IMG/VR virus record: IMGVR_UViG_3300046332_000238
Location: 32,001 to 96,000 of that record
DNA: 64,000 nt
From: a virus
Reading direction: 5' to 3' (one strand)
Numbering within the stretch: the first letter of the stretch is position 1; the number at the start of each line of letters is the position of its first letter. The notes under the pieces are model-generated. The model had not been told where the DNA came from. It was given only the letters and a program-made list of their open reading frames with translations, and searched no databases. Shown here one piece after another: positions 10,037 to 20,087 of the stretch. Made by a program: the position numbers and the translations under genes.

Positions 10037-10408
10037 ATGAGCTTCGCACTTGAGATTGCATCCTTAGCCTTGAAACAAGGCACACCAATTACTATTAATG
10101 CTGATGGTTCTATGACCATTGGTCAATCAGAGGTTAAAACAGTTAAAACGATTAAGACAACCAAGACCAAAAAAGAACCTGAATATTTGTCTGATAGTGT
10201 TAATGATTTATATCATGGTTCAGTTGCAGAACAGGTGCGTAGCAATTTTAAAACCTTAGGCACTGAAGCTGTTGTTGCTGCACATAATCCAAGTTCAATT
10301 CGTAAAGCATTTAATGTAATGGGATTTGGTTGCAAATTAAGCGAAACAGATAAACCTTTTTTATTCTTGTGTAAACGTACTCGCCGAAATAAACGCAAAG
10401 GTGTTTAA
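10037..10408 (+). CDS. hypothetical protein
   Basis: 123-aa ORF. Confidence 0.65.
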   Translation: MSFALEIASLALKQGTPITINADGSMTIGQSEVKTVKTIKTTKTKKEPEYLSDSVNDLYHGSVAEQVRSNFKTLGTEAVVAAHNPSSIRKAFNVMGFGCKLSETDKPFLFLCKRTRRNKRKGV

Positions 10409-10417
10409 AGGATTAAT

Positions 10418-10903
10418 ATGACAAGATGGATTGAAAATGTAAGCAGAGATGATGTGCGCCATGGCTGGCATACTGAGATGGGTATAAACTCCATGTTGAT
10501 CCAGATTGGTGACCCTGCAAGCATTTTCCCTAAACCAGAAAAACATTTTAAAGAGGTGCATCAATTCGAATTTCTGGATGCGGAAGATGGTGATAATTTT
10601 GATGATGGTGCCAAAATCTCCGATGAACAAGCACAGCAATTGGTTACACTGCTGCAGCACGCTCGGGATAATTCAATGAATGTTTTGGTACATTGCCATG
10701 CAGGTATTTGCCGGTCTGGTGCTGTGGTTGAAGTCGGTACAATCCTTGGGTTTACACCCACGGAAAGATTTCGCTTGCCTAATCTGCGAGTAAAGCATAA
10801 AATGATGAAGGCATTGGGATTAACCTATGATGCCAATGAAAAATCAGAACCAGTTAATATATCAACGACTGGTTCTGTTTTTATTTTACCTAATTGGAGT
10901 TGA
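10418..10903 (+). CDS. protein-tyrosine/dual-specificity phosphatase family protein
   Basis: HCHAGICRS (CX5R) motif. Confidence 0.85.
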   Translation: MTRWIENVSRDDVRHGWHTEMGINSMLIQIGDPASIFPKPEKHFKEVHQFEFLDAEDGDNFDDGAKISDEQAQQLVTLLQHARDNSMNVLVHCHAGICRSGAVVEVGTILGFTPTERFRLPNLRVKHKMMKALGLTYDANEKSEPVNISTTGSVFILPNWS

Positions 10904-11029
10904 TGTGTTATTTTATCTTATTGGTCTAATACAAGGACTCACGATTGGTTACCTGTGGTTTGCACCAGAAGATGAATTTAAACGTGGCTTCATTGATGGA
11001 CTGACCATGAAATTTATATGGGGTAAAAA

Positions 11030-11611
11030 ATGACTAAAAACGAAGCAATGCAAATGGCGTTTGAAACGCTTTGGAAGTCTTTTAACGTCGAGGCTACTAG
11101 GGGTGACTTGCTAAAAGCAATCAAAATACTTGAATCATCATTAGTGCAGCCTGAGCCAAAGCCGTTTGGTTATTTTTGTGAATGGTCAAATGGTACTCAA
11201 CATTTATATACTGACGGTATCGGTAGTGCAATTGAAGATGATTGGAATCAATATCCGGAAGTTCATGAGAATTTACCACTTTACAACGCACCACCAAAGA
11301 AAGAATGTGTAGGATTGACTGAACCTGAACCGTTTGGTATTTGGCATCAGGGTGACACAGATGAAGAAAGCGATTTCTTTCTTTACAAAGATGCTGGCGA
11401 CGTAGCATGTGAAACTTGCGTGAAACTTTACACCGCACCACCCAAGCGAGACTGGCAAGAACTGACCGATAAAGAAATATATAAACTGCGTGATGTGTGG
11501 ATAGGTCGTTCGGCAAAAGAAAAAGAAATGTTGCGCGATTATTACGAACTGAATTTTAAAAAAATGATTAAGTTTATTCAAATAATTTTAAAAGAAAGAA
11601 ACAATGGATGA
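11030..11611 (+). CDS. modular hypothetical protein
   Basis: Two internal PEP..G...LY.APPK modules and an ELTD.EI tail. Confidence 0.75.
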   Translation: MTKNEAMQMAFETLWKSFNVEATRGDLLKAIKILESSLVQPEPKPFGYFCEWSNGTQHLYTDGIGSAIEDDWNQYPEVHENLPLYNAPPKKECVGLTEPEPFGIWHQGDTDEESDFFLYKDAGDVACETCVKLYTAPPKRDWQELTDKEIYKLRDVWIGRSAKEKEMLRDYYELNFKKMIKFIQIILKERNNG

Positions 11612-11779
11612 CGTACTAGGTGGATTGTTTATATCAGTTGCAACCGGATTTGCAGTGGTTGGTATATTTTTTACTTTCGGAGATGTGCGAACATTTGATG
11701 ATATTATTAAAGATTGCAAAGAACAAGGTTACGTTCAAAATAACAAAGCACGAGTTCTGTGCAGTATAGAGGTGAAGAA

Positions 11780-12040
11780 ATGACTAAAAATGAAACAATC
11801 CAGTTGGCATTAGAAGCATTGGAAATGTTGAAAGCGGAATTTCGTGCATTGGATTTACCTTATGGTAGTAAAGCGTACACAAAAGCTTTTGATGTTAGTC
11901 ATGTATTACGCGAAGCATTAACACAGCCTGAACGATACCTAACACTTACTAAAGATGCTAATGGAGAATTGGTGATGGTGTCTTGGCAAGATGAAGATCA
12001 TCAATTGCTTGAGGTTTTATGGGAGAAAAAACATGGTTGA
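11780..12040 (+). CDS. hypothetical protein, N-terminus paralogous to 11030
   Basis: MTKNETIQLALEAL versus MTKNEAMQMAFETL. Confidence 0.7.
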   Translation: MTKNETIQLALEALEMLKAEFRALDLPYGSKAYTKAFDVSHVLREALTQPERYLTLTKDANGELVMVSWQDEDHQLLEVLWEKKHG

Positions 12041-12247
12041 AGGTTTAATTGAAGTATGTATCGGATTTTCTTTTCTCTGTGGGTTGATAGTTGGATTCAA
12101 CATGTACAGAAATAATGTAAGAAAAGTAGAACTCACGGATGAAGAAATTTGGGTTATTAAAATGAGTGGTAGAGATTTAGAATCCGTCTCGCGTATAGCT
12201 TTGTTACGGTTTGCGCGTAGGGTTGAAGCCAAGCTAAAGGAAAAGCG

Positions 12248-12430
12248 ATGACTAACAAATTTGCATTGAATAAAATGTTGATGGCATTGTTAGGTTCACA
12301 GGAGTTTGTTGATCGTTGGTGGCAGAGTCCAAACTATGCGTTTGAAATGAAAACACCTGATGATGTGTATCTATCTGGGTTGCAAGGACGCCGCGAAGTT
12401 ACCGGTTATGTTCTTTCACATTTGGAATAA
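12248..12430 (+). CDS. MbcA/ParS/Xre antitoxin C-terminal-domain-like protein
   Basis: LLGS.E....WW.SPN.AF...TP pattern. Confidence 0.6.
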   Translation: MTNKFALNKMLMALLGSQEFVDRWWQSPNYAFEMKTPDDVYLSGLQGRREVTGYVLSHLE

Positions 12431-12432
12431 GA

Positions 12433-12621
12433 ATGGCAACAGAGCCAAAAAAGAAAAGAGTTAAAAAAGTAGAAGAACCAGAAATGAAGTTCTTTACTTG
12501 CATTGGTTGTAATCAAAAGAAATTTGATTGGAATGAACAATGCACTGGCATACCAACAACAAAATGCCTATGGTGTTCCAAGTATCCAAAAGAAAAGAAA
12601 CGGGTGATTAAAGATGAGTGA
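12433..12621 (+). CDS. small putative zinc-finger protein
   Basis: CxxC...CxxC. Confidence 0.55.
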   Translation: MATEPKKKRVKKVEEPEMKFFTCIGCNQKKFDWNEQCTGIPTTKCLWCSKYPKEKKRVIKDE

Positions 12622-12946
12622 ATATAATCCACATAGATGGTTAGTTATAAAGTTGACCACTAGTGGTGTGACACACTATCGGGTGTTCGCTTCTTGGTAT
12701 GGTGGTTACACTGGTTCAGATTCATGGAAAATGAATTCCGGTATTGTTTCTGTTACAGAAGATGATGATTTTTATTTCTTTACAGGTAGTTCTGGTTCAG
12801 TGTATAACTGCAATAAACAATCACAAGGCATTAGTGGTTACGGTTCAGGCGTGTTGAATGATTTTATTAAACATGCTGTTGACCAAGGCACAGTGATTGA
12901 AATACTTCCTGAAGATGTGAATTTGATGGAGTTGGTGTATGAATGA
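12614..12946 (+). CDS. conserved phage hypothetical protein
   Basis: W.GGY.GSDSWK.NSGI and F.G.SGSVY.C motifs. Confidence 0.8.
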   Translation: MSEYNPHRWLVIKLTTSGVTHYRVFASWYGGYTGSDSWKMNSGIVSVTEDDDFYFFTGSSGSVYNCNKQSQGISGYGSGVLNDFIKHAVDQGTVIEILPEDVNLMELVYE

Positions 12947-13316
12947 ACAAATTAAATCAGGTGCAGATCACCATGCAGGTACTGGTTACTCTGAGAGCAC
13001 CAAAGAAAAGTATCGGGCTGCTGTAGAAGAACGTATTAAGACCATAGAGAATAATATTAAGATACAAACAAAATCCAGAATTGATAAACTTGCCATAGAA
13101 GCAGGTTTCGAGTATAATCCAAGTGATTGTAATTTTTATGTGAACGATTCAGTACAATACATCAACAAAGAAATCAATAGACTAATAGAATTGGTTGTGT
13201 TAGAATGTTGTTACCTTATCGAAAAAGAAGGCATGAATATGATGCCAGGTTATCTTATGCGTTTGACTGTACCCACTGAAATTGATTTAATTAAAAAACA
13301 TTTTGGAATAAAATGA
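12939..13316 (+). CDS. MNE.IK-family modular hypothetical protein
   Basis: GYSESTKEKY module and IKKHFGIK C-terminus. Confidence 0.7.
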   Translation: MNEQIKSGADHHAGTGYSESTKEKYRAAVEERIKTIENNIKIQTKSRIDKLAIEAGFEYNPSDCNFYVNDSVQYINKEINRLIELVVLECCYLIEKEGMNMMPGYLMRLTVPTEIDLIKKHFGIK

Positions 13317-13642
13317 GTATCTTAATGAATTTGTTGACTGAAGAACCTGTTGATTTTAAATCAAAGATTCGCCAACGTAGATCACAAATGCTTATCCATT
13401 CTTGCCTCTACTATGAAATGGATGAATCCATTGTTTCTGACCACGAATGGCAGGCATGGGCAGATGAACTAGAACAATTACAAACAAATAATCCAGAGCA
13501 ATGCAAGATTGACTTTTTTGATTTTGAATTCAGAGATTGGACTGGTGCAACCGGCAACCATTTACCTTTGCGTGACCCATGGGTTTCTGCAAAGGCAAAA
13601 CAAATATTAAGAATACACAATGAGAAAATGGCAAGAGTTTGA
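13313..13642 (+). CDS. stand-alone protein resembling N-terminal domain Ia of NAD+-dependent DNA ligase
   Basis: H..LYY.MDE.IVSD.EW......L..L....PE pattern. Confidence 0.6.
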   Translation: MSILMNLLTEEPVDFKSKIRQRRSQMLIHSCLYYEMDESIVSDHEWQAWADELEQLQTNNPEQCKIDFFDFEFRDWTGATGNHLPLRDPWVSAKAKQILRIHNEKMARV

Positions 13643-13847
13643 AAACAAAACACATTATTATTACAATGATGAAGATGGTCTGATAATAGGACAAATTCAT
13701 AAATTTGGTAATTCGATGATGGTGTACACTGCATCAGTAAAACCAGATAATGTCGATCAAATTCTAGGACAATTTATCAGTGGTGATTTTGCAAAAAAGT
13801 CTGTTGAAAAATATTGGGATATTCAAGATCGAACATTGTTGGAGTGA
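13620..13847 (+). CDS. hypothetical protein
   Basis: 75-aa ORF in operon. Confidence 0.65.
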   Translation: MRKWQEFENKTHYYYNDEDGLIIGQIHKFGNSMMVYTASVKPDNVDQILGQFISGDFAKKSVEKYWDIQDRTLLE

Positions 13848-13849
13848 AT

Positions 13850-14236
13850 ATGAACGAACAAATTAAAGAACTTGCTGAAGAAGCTGGATGGGATAATCAC
13901 CACTCACAATTTGATACTAGGATTGAAAAGTTTGCTGAGTTGATTATCAAAGAATGTTATGAACAATGTAAAGGTCAAATGCTTTCTAACGAAATAACAG
14001 AAACATGTGATTTAACTTACAATGATGGTGTAATGGACTGTGCTATTGGTTTACTGCAACATTTCGGTATTGGTAAATTATCGGGCAATAATCTAAACAA
14101 AGTTATCACTGATGGTGCAGAACAAATGTCAGATAAAGGCTACAGTGAAAGCACCAAAGAAAAGTATAATGAGGCAGTTAAACAACGGGAAGAATCACTG
14201 AGAAACCGTAGTACATATTTTGGTAATGATGTATGA
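13850..14236 (+). CDS. MNE.IKEL-family modular hypothetical protein
   Basis: EKFAELIIKEC and GYSESTKEKY modules. Confidence 0.75.
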   Translation: MNEQIKELAEEAGWDNHHSQFDTRIEKFAELIIKECYEQCKGQMLSNEITETCDLTYNDGVMDCAIGLLQHFGIGKLSGNNLNKVITDGAEQMSDKGYSESTKEKYNEAVKQREESLRNRSTYFGNDV

Positions 14237-14457
14237 AATATCGCATAAAAGAACACCGAAACGGTAGTGTTAGTAAATATTATACTGTAGAATTCTTAAA
14301 GAAAAACTTATTGTGGGGTGAGTCTTGGCGGGTTGAGAGCAAATATGTTGTACCAAAAATATATCTTCCGATTAGATTTGTTTCATTATCAGAAGCACAA
14401 GAATATATTAATGCACAAACAATTATTTGTTGTATTGTTGAAGAAGGTGATGTATAA
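14233..14457 (+). CDS. hypothetical protein
   Basis: ATGA overlap with upstream gene. Confidence 0.65.
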   Translation: MKYRIKEHRNGSVSKYYTVEFLKKNLLWGESWRVESKYVVPKIYLPIRFVSLSEAQEYINAQTIICCIVEEGDV

Positions 14458-14494
14458 TGAACGAACGAATTAAAAAATTTGGGGAGAATAAAGA

Positions 14495-14926
14495 ATGACT
14501 AAAAAGTTTGTTCGACCAACCAAAGAAGAATCAGCAGCAAGATTGGCTGCTGATATTGCTGCCAGCAAGAAAATATATGATGCCTTCATTGGTCATGATA
14601 TGTTGGACGATGATGGTTATCCTACTGATGAAGCCATGCACATCATTGAATCATGGCACTGGACTGATCCAAAAGGTTGGTTTGATTTCATCAACAGCAT
14701 CTGGCATCTGAAATCCTGGGGCTGGGGTGAAGGTGAAACTAATCATGAATACCGAAAAGATAAAAAGGTGTATCGCTATGACGTTTCAACTGCTGGTTGG
14801 AGTGGCAATGAGACCATCATCCAGTATATGAAAAGAAATGACATGATGTGGCACCTCAATTGGGTACAATCGCGCCGTGGCGGACATTACATTTTTGAAC
14901 TATATGAATTTAAGGATGATGAATAA
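14495..14926 (+). CDS. conserved phage hypothetical protein
   Basis: DGYPT, STAGWSGNE and RGGHYIF motifs. Confidence 0.8.
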   Translation: MTKKFVRPTKEESAARLAADIAASKKIYDAFIGHDMLDDDGYPTDEAMHIIESWHWTDPKGWFDFINSIWHLKSWGWGEGETNHEYRKDKKVYRYDVSTAGWSGNETIIQYMKRNDMMWHLNWVQSRRGGHYIFELYEFKDDE

Positions 14927-15057
14927 TGAGTGATATTCTAGTTATAGTGATGTTAGTATTCTTATTTTATGGTGAACCTGATGTATGGGATAAGTTGCAT
15001 GATCGTGCGATGGCTGCGGCCAGTGTCGAATGTAGTAAATAATTTAAAAGGAAAAAA

Positions 15058-15303
15058 ATGACTGAAATGACTGTTGATACACCTGAACTGAGTATGCAAA
15101 AATTGCTTGATGCTTTTTGTTATGTAACATATTGTAAAGCAAATGGTAAACCATATAAAGATTCGATTGCATATTGCCAAATTCTTGACCGTGGATGTGA
15201 ACTACATAATTTTGAAGAAGTGCAAGTTAAACACCGCAAAGCACAAATGCAAGTTGTTGTTTGTGAGACACTATATCCGGAGTTGAAAAACAAAAATATT
15301 TAA
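15058..15303 (+). CDS. hypothetical protein
   Basis: AAGGA RBS. Confidence 0.65.
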   Translation: MTEMTVDTPELSMQKLLDAFCYVTYCKANGKPYKDSIAYCQILDRGCELHNFEEVQVKHRKAQMQVVVCETLYPELKNKNI

Positions 15304-15314
15304 CAGGAGATTTT

Positions 15315-15584
15315 ATGAGCACAGAAGAAGATAAAGAACGGCATTCTAAACGGTTACTCCAAAAAGAAAACCATATTAATCGTCAAATGAAAATAAGAAA
15401 GGCTCATAAGTTTACACAAGACATTAACAATGAAATTCCACACAAGTATCATAAAGTAAGTGGTACAACCTGTGGGGTTTCGAATTGTGTAATGTGCGGT
15501 AATCCAAGAAAAACTTGGAATGAAAGTACAATTCAAGAAAAAAGTTTCGACCAAACCAAACAATGGGTGGAAGAAGAAATTTAA
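15315..15584 (+). CDS. conserved phage hypothetical protein
   Basis: CG..NCVMCGNPRK motif. Confidence 0.75.
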   Translation: MSTEEDKERHSKRLLQKENHINRQMKIRKAHKFTQDINNEIPHKYHKVSGTTCGVSNCVMCGNPRKTWNESTIQEKSFDQTKQWVEEEI

Positions 15585-15669
15585 CTGTTGTTTTCTGGCA
15601 ACACCATAGTTGCCAATTGCCACGACACCTGTATAATGGTCTCTATTGAATTGATAAGGAGACAACAGG

Positions 15670-15867
15670 ATGTCGTGGAATCTCGAAGGTAAAAAAGTTT
15701 CTGGTAAGTATCTGGGTGAATTCCCGTTCACTGGAACAGTCACCTCCACCCGCATTAAGTATGGCGGTAAAGTCACCAATACAATACAGCTGGACACTCC
15801 CCTGGTGGTTTATGGTGCAGACCGTGATGTTATCCTCATGGATTCTGATGAACTGGTTGTGTTGTAG
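15670..15867 (+). CDS. hypothetical protein
   Basis: AAGGAG RBS after the promoter at 15610. Confidence 0.7.
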   Translation: MSWNLEGKKVSGKYLGEFPFTGTVTSTRIKYGGKVTNTIQLDTPLVVYGADRDVILMDSDELVVL

Positions 15868-15941
15868 GAAAACAACACACTGTTGCCATTTGCCACAATG
15901 CCTGTATAATGGTTTGTATTGATTGATGAGGAGACTATATT

Positions 15942-18140
15942 ATGATTCTGAATAACACCCCGCAAAACGAAGCAGTCCTGTCCAATGTAGGTCAAATTGG
16001 CGAATTCAAAATCCGCAATTCTGCGAAGGCTTTTAACATTCTATCCAGTGGTCTTTATGCAAATAAGATTCGCGCTGTGATTCGAGAATTGTCCTGTAAT
16101 GCTGTTGACAGCCATGCTGCTGCAGGTAACATGGACACACCTTTTACGGTTCACCTGCCAACCACACTAGAACCATGGTTCTCAGTGCGGGACTTTGGTA
16201 CGGGTCTGAACCACGATCAGGTAACAAATATTTACACCACTTATTTTGAATCTACTAAAACCAATTCCAATGATTTCATTGGTGCATTGGGTCTTGGTTC
16301 AAAATCTCCATTCTCTTATACTGATAACTTTACTGTTACTGCCATTCAAGATGGCGTAGAGCGTATTTACTCCGCATTTATTAATGATGAGGGTGTTCCT
16401 TCTATTGTTAAGATGGGTGAAGAATCTACTGTAAACGAAAATGGTGTGGAGATTAAATTCTCTGTGAATGAACGATATGATTTTAGTAAATTCATTTCAG
16501 AAGCACAGGTTGTTTACCAGTATTTTGCATTGAAGCCTACTGTTATTGGTGTAACCCATTTTGAATTTTCTGAAGTGCAGTATGAATTCAAGGATATTAT
16601 TCCTGGTGTTCATTCTCGTGCTACCGATTTTAGCAGAACCTCATCTGTTGCTGTCATGGGTAACATTGCATATCCAATTAATATTCCTGCATCTAATACT
16701 GAATTGGGTAATCTTCGTTCATTGTTGGATTGCAACCTTGTAATGTACTTTGGTATTGGTGAGTTGGACTTTCAGGCATCACGCGAAGGTCTATCATATA
16801 TTCCACAAACAATTGAATCAATTAAACGCAAACTGGAAACAGTGAATGGTCAATTGACTGTTCGCTTGGCTGAAGAAGCAAATAAGATTGCCAATAAGTG
16901 GGAACGATCCATTTTTCTGTATAGTAAAGCACGTACCGATCTGTGGAAAAATTCGGTGCTTCAGTATGTAAAAGATACGGCATTTGAATTGGTTGAATTG
17001 TCCAATACAGGTTATTCAACCAGTCGATATCGTTTTGAATTGATTTGTTCTGACCTTGCAAGTAAATTTAATGTCAAGTTGCGTGGTTTTAATATTCACC
17101 GTGGATCAACTACCTGTTCCATGATTAAGACTGACCATAAGAATTTTGGTTTGCTTGATAATGATGGTTATAGTGTTCGTCAGGAATATATTGATCTGCC
17201 TGTTGATGTGTCTGTTAGTTTGGTTATTAATGATACCAAGCTTGGTGTAACAGAACGTGCCAAATACCATTGGAGAAATAAAACCAGTAATAACAAATAT
17301 TCTGAGAATGTTTTTGTTGTTGAGGTTGCAGACAAAACAAAACCAATTAAGGTTAAAGAATTCTTGGAATCGATTGGTAATCCACCAGAATCAAATATTA
17401 TTCTTGCTAGTACATTGGATACAAAGGATCGTGTATCATCAGGTAAAGCTTTAGGTAAAAATATTTCATTGCTTCGAATGGAAGAGCGAGGAGGACCTAG
17501 GCATCATTCTAGTTCCAATCAATTGGTGTGGCGTGAAGCACCCAATCTAGGTGAACTGGATGATACACAAACCTATTACTATATTCCGTTGTCCGGTTTT
17601 GTTCCTGAGTTTACAACACGAAGCAGTCTTTCAGCACAGGAAGTTGTCCGATTACTCAATGCATCTGATGTGCCTGAACTGAATATACATGTTTATGGTG
17701 TTCGTAAAACAAATATTGAAACGGTTAAGGGACTGCCAAACTGGAAGAACCTTGAGGAATATCTGTTGTCTCTGATGGATAAACTTCAGGATGTTGAACG
17801 GGTTGCTTCTTCTCTTAATTCTATTGATAAGAATGCCGTTTCCATGTTTGATTTTTCGGTAATCTCTAAACAGATTGATGCGAAAAGTCCTATGGCAATC
17901 CTGATGGAGAAATTCAATAACTTGCCAAGATGCGGTAATTGGCGTACAATACACCAATTGGTAGAAATGTTTGTGAAAGAACGTAAGGTATATACTACCG
18001 ACCTCGCAAAAGAGTTTAATGATGAGTTTACAAAAATGAATGAACGATACCCATTGATTGCTGTGATGGATACATATCGTGCATCAAGTGATGATGTTTC
18101 AAATTATATTAATTTAGTTGACCAAGTGAAAGGCATTTAA
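15942..18140 (+). CDS. rIIA: rIIA lysis inhibitor (GHKL-like N-terminus)
   Basis: LYANKIRAVIREL.CNA.D, VRDFGTG and GALGLGSKSPF motifs; adjacent to rIIB. Confidence 0.95.
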   Translation: MILNNTPQNEAVLSNVGQIGEFKIRNSAKAFNILSSGLYANKIRAVIRELSCNAVDSHAAAGNMDTPFTVHLPTTLEPWFSVRDFGTGLNHDQVTNIYTTYFESTKTNSNDFIGALGLGSKSPFSYTDNFTVTAIQDGVERIYSAFINDEGVPSIVKMGEESTVNENGVEIKFSVNERYDFSKFISEAQVVYQYFALKPTVIGVTHFEFSEVQYEFKDIIPGVHSRATDFSRTSSVAVMGNIAYPINIPASNTELGNLRSLLDCNLVMYFGIGELDFQASREGLSYIPQTIESIKRKLETVNGQLTVRLAEEANKIANKWERSIFLYSKARTDLWKNSVLQYVKDTAFELVELSNTGYSTSRYRFELICSDLASKFNVKLRGFNIHRGSTTCSMIKTDHKNFGLLDNDGYSVRQEYIDLPVDVSVSLVINDTKLGVTERAKYHWRNKTSNNKYSENVFVVEVADKTKPIKVKEFLESIGNPPESNIILASTLDTKDRVSSGKALGKNISLLRMEERGGPRHHSSSNQLVWREAPNLGELDDTQTYYYIPLSGFVPEFTTRSSLSAQEVVRLLNASDVPELNIHVYGVRKTNIETVKGLPNWKNLEEYLLSLMDKLQDVERVASSLNSIDKNAVSMFDFSVISKQIDAKSPMAILMEKFNNLPRCGNWRTIHQLVEMFVKERKVYTTDLAKEFNDEFTKMNERYPLIAVMDTYRASSDDVSNYINLVDQVKGI

Positions 18141-18141
18141 A

Positions 18142-18909
18142 ATGTTCCCATATCTTATACAAGGTAATAATATTGTAGTGGTTATCAATAACAAACCACA
18201 TACTATTAGCAAGACTCATATTACCTATGAGAAAGTAAAAGAAGCAATCAAAGCAAATGATTGGCAGACTGTTCAAGACATTATCGAACCAAAGAAAATG
18301 GTTCTGAATTATGGCAAAGGCAATGTGTCTATTCAAGGTGAAAAACTGTTCTGGAAAGGTGAGGAATTGCATAACGCAATTGCTACCCGTATGATCCAGA
18401 TGTTGCAAGATGATTTCCCCATTGAACCACTGGTTCTGTTTATGGAAAATCTGATGAACAACCCGTCTTATCGTGCAGTAAAAGAATTGTATGGTTTCTT
18501 GGAAAAGAATAACCTGCCAATTACTCCTGATGGTTGTTTCCTTGCGTACAAAAAAGTGCGTGATGATTACCTTGATTGTTACAGTGGTAAAATGGACAAT
18601 TCTGTTGGTAAGATTGTTTCAATGGAACGTAACCAAGTTAATGATGATAAGAACCAAACCTGTTCTTCTGGTTTGCACTTCTGCTCAGAAGGTTATCTGC
18701 GCCACTTTGGTGGTGACCGTATTATGATCCTGAAGATTAATCCTCGTGATGTGGTTAGTATTCCTACCGATTACGATGACTCAAAAGGTCGTGCGTGTAT
18801 GTATGAGGTTGTTGGTGAAGTTGGTGTTAGTTCCGAATCATTGGAAGAAACCTTTACTGCACCGGTTCAAGAATACATCATTGACTTTCGTGCTGCTGAC
18901 GAAATCTAA
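18142..18909 (+). CDS. rIIB: rIIB protein
   Basis: PITPDG.FLAYK, CSSGLHFC and PRDVVSIP.DY motifs. Confidence 0.95.
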   Translation: MFPYLIQGNNIVVVINNKPHTISKTHITYEKVKEAIKANDWQTVQDIIEPKKMVLNYGKGNVSIQGEKLFWKGEELHNAIATRMIQMLQDDFPIEPLVLFMENLMNNPSYRAVKELYGFLEKNNLPITPDGCFLAYKKVRDDYLDCYSGKMDNSVGKIVSMERNQVNDDKNQTCSSGLHFCSEGYLRHFGGDRIMILKINPRDVVSIPTDYDDSKGRACMYEVVGEVGVSSESLEETFTAPVQEYIIDFRAADEI

Positions 18910-18920
18910 TAGGAAATAGA

Positions 18921-20069
18921 ATGAGTTATAATAAAAACCAAAAGGCCTTTATCGAGGCTGCCGAATCTATTTTTGGTATTGGTTCTGTTCTCACTCGTGA
19001 TGGGATTCAGCACGTTGTTGAAACTAACGGCGTGCCGTTTCCTTACTGGTTTGTTACCAAGTCCGAATATCGTGATGGTCGTGGGCAATACAAGTTGCCT
19101 GACATTGGTACAATCCAAAAGGGTGTAATACAAGAAAAGGAACCTGAAATGGAAGTGGCATTGTCTGCTCAAGTGTTAACCTTCAAGCAACCAAAACTTG
19201 AGGATGAATCTGATATATCTATACCTGAAAAGTATCCTGATTATGTGCCATTTGGTTTTTATAAAGACCTAATAGATGTTATTAAATCAAATGCTTTTTA
19301 CCCTGTGTTCATTACTGGACTATCTGGTAATGGTAAGACACTTATGGTTGAGCAATCATGTGCAGCATTAGGTCGTGAATGTATCCGTGTTAATATCTCC
19401 ATTGAGACTGATGAAAGTGATCTGCTTGGTGGACCTACTCTAGTTAATGGTAATGTGGTCAACCGTGATGGTCCTGTTATTACTGCAATGAAACGTGGTG
19501 CAGTATTGCTGATTGATGAAGTTGACCGTGGTTCTAATAAGTTGATGTGTCTGCAAGGCATTCTTGAAGGCAAACCTTATTATAACAAAAAGAATGGTGA
19601 ACTAGTACATCCAAAAAATGGTTTCACTATCATTGCAACAGCAAACACTAAAGGTCGTGGTTCAGAAGAAGGTCGTTATCTGTCACAGATTCTTGATGAT
19701 GCCTTCCTTGAACGTTTTCCAATTACTGTTGAACAAGAATATCCTGATGTTAAGACAGAGAAGAAGATTCTTTCGCCTCTGATTGACGATAAAGAATTTG
19801 TGGATAACCTCGTACAATGGGCAGATGTGGTTCGTCAGTCATTTGACCAAGGTGCCACTGATGAAATTATTTCTACACGCCGTCTGGTGCATATTGCCAA
19901 GGCATTTAAAATCTTTGGTGATCGCATGAAGGCAATTGAATTGTGCGTAAACCGATTTGATACAGAAACCAAATTAGCATTCTTGGACCTGTACTCAAAA
20001 GTGGATGCCAAAGTAGAAGCACCACAAGCAAAAACAGTAGCACCAAATTACGAAGAAGTCCCATTTTAA
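18921..20069 (+). CDS. MoxR/CbbQ/CobS-like AAA+ ATPase of T4-like phages
   Basis: GLSGNGKT, LLIDEVD, ATANTKGRG and ISTRRL motifs. Confidence 0.9.
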   Translation: MSYNKNQKAFIEAAESIFGIGSVLTRDGIQHVVETNGVPFPYWFVTKSEYRDGRGQYKLPDIGTIQKGVIQEKEPEMEVALSAQVLTFKQPKLEDESDISIPEKYPDYVPFGFYKDLIDVIKSNAFYPVFITGLSGNGKTLMVEQSCAALGRECIRVNISIETDESDLLGGPTLVNGNVVNRDGPVITAMKRGAVLLIDEVDRGSNKLMCLQGILEGKPYYNKKNGELVHPKNGFTIIATANTKGRGSEEGRYLSQILDDAFLERFPITVEQEYPDVKTEKKILSPLIDDKEFVDNLVQWADVVRQSFDQGATDEIISTRRLVHIAKAFKIFGDRMKAIELCVNRFDTETKLAFLDLYSKVDAKVEAPQAKTVAPNYEEVPF

Positions 20070-20087
20070 TTGATAAGGAAATATATT

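Noticed and set aside
18921-20069. Cobalamin biosynthesis gene cobS
   Set aside because: This MoxR-type ATPase is widespread in T4-like phages, and no other cob genes are present.
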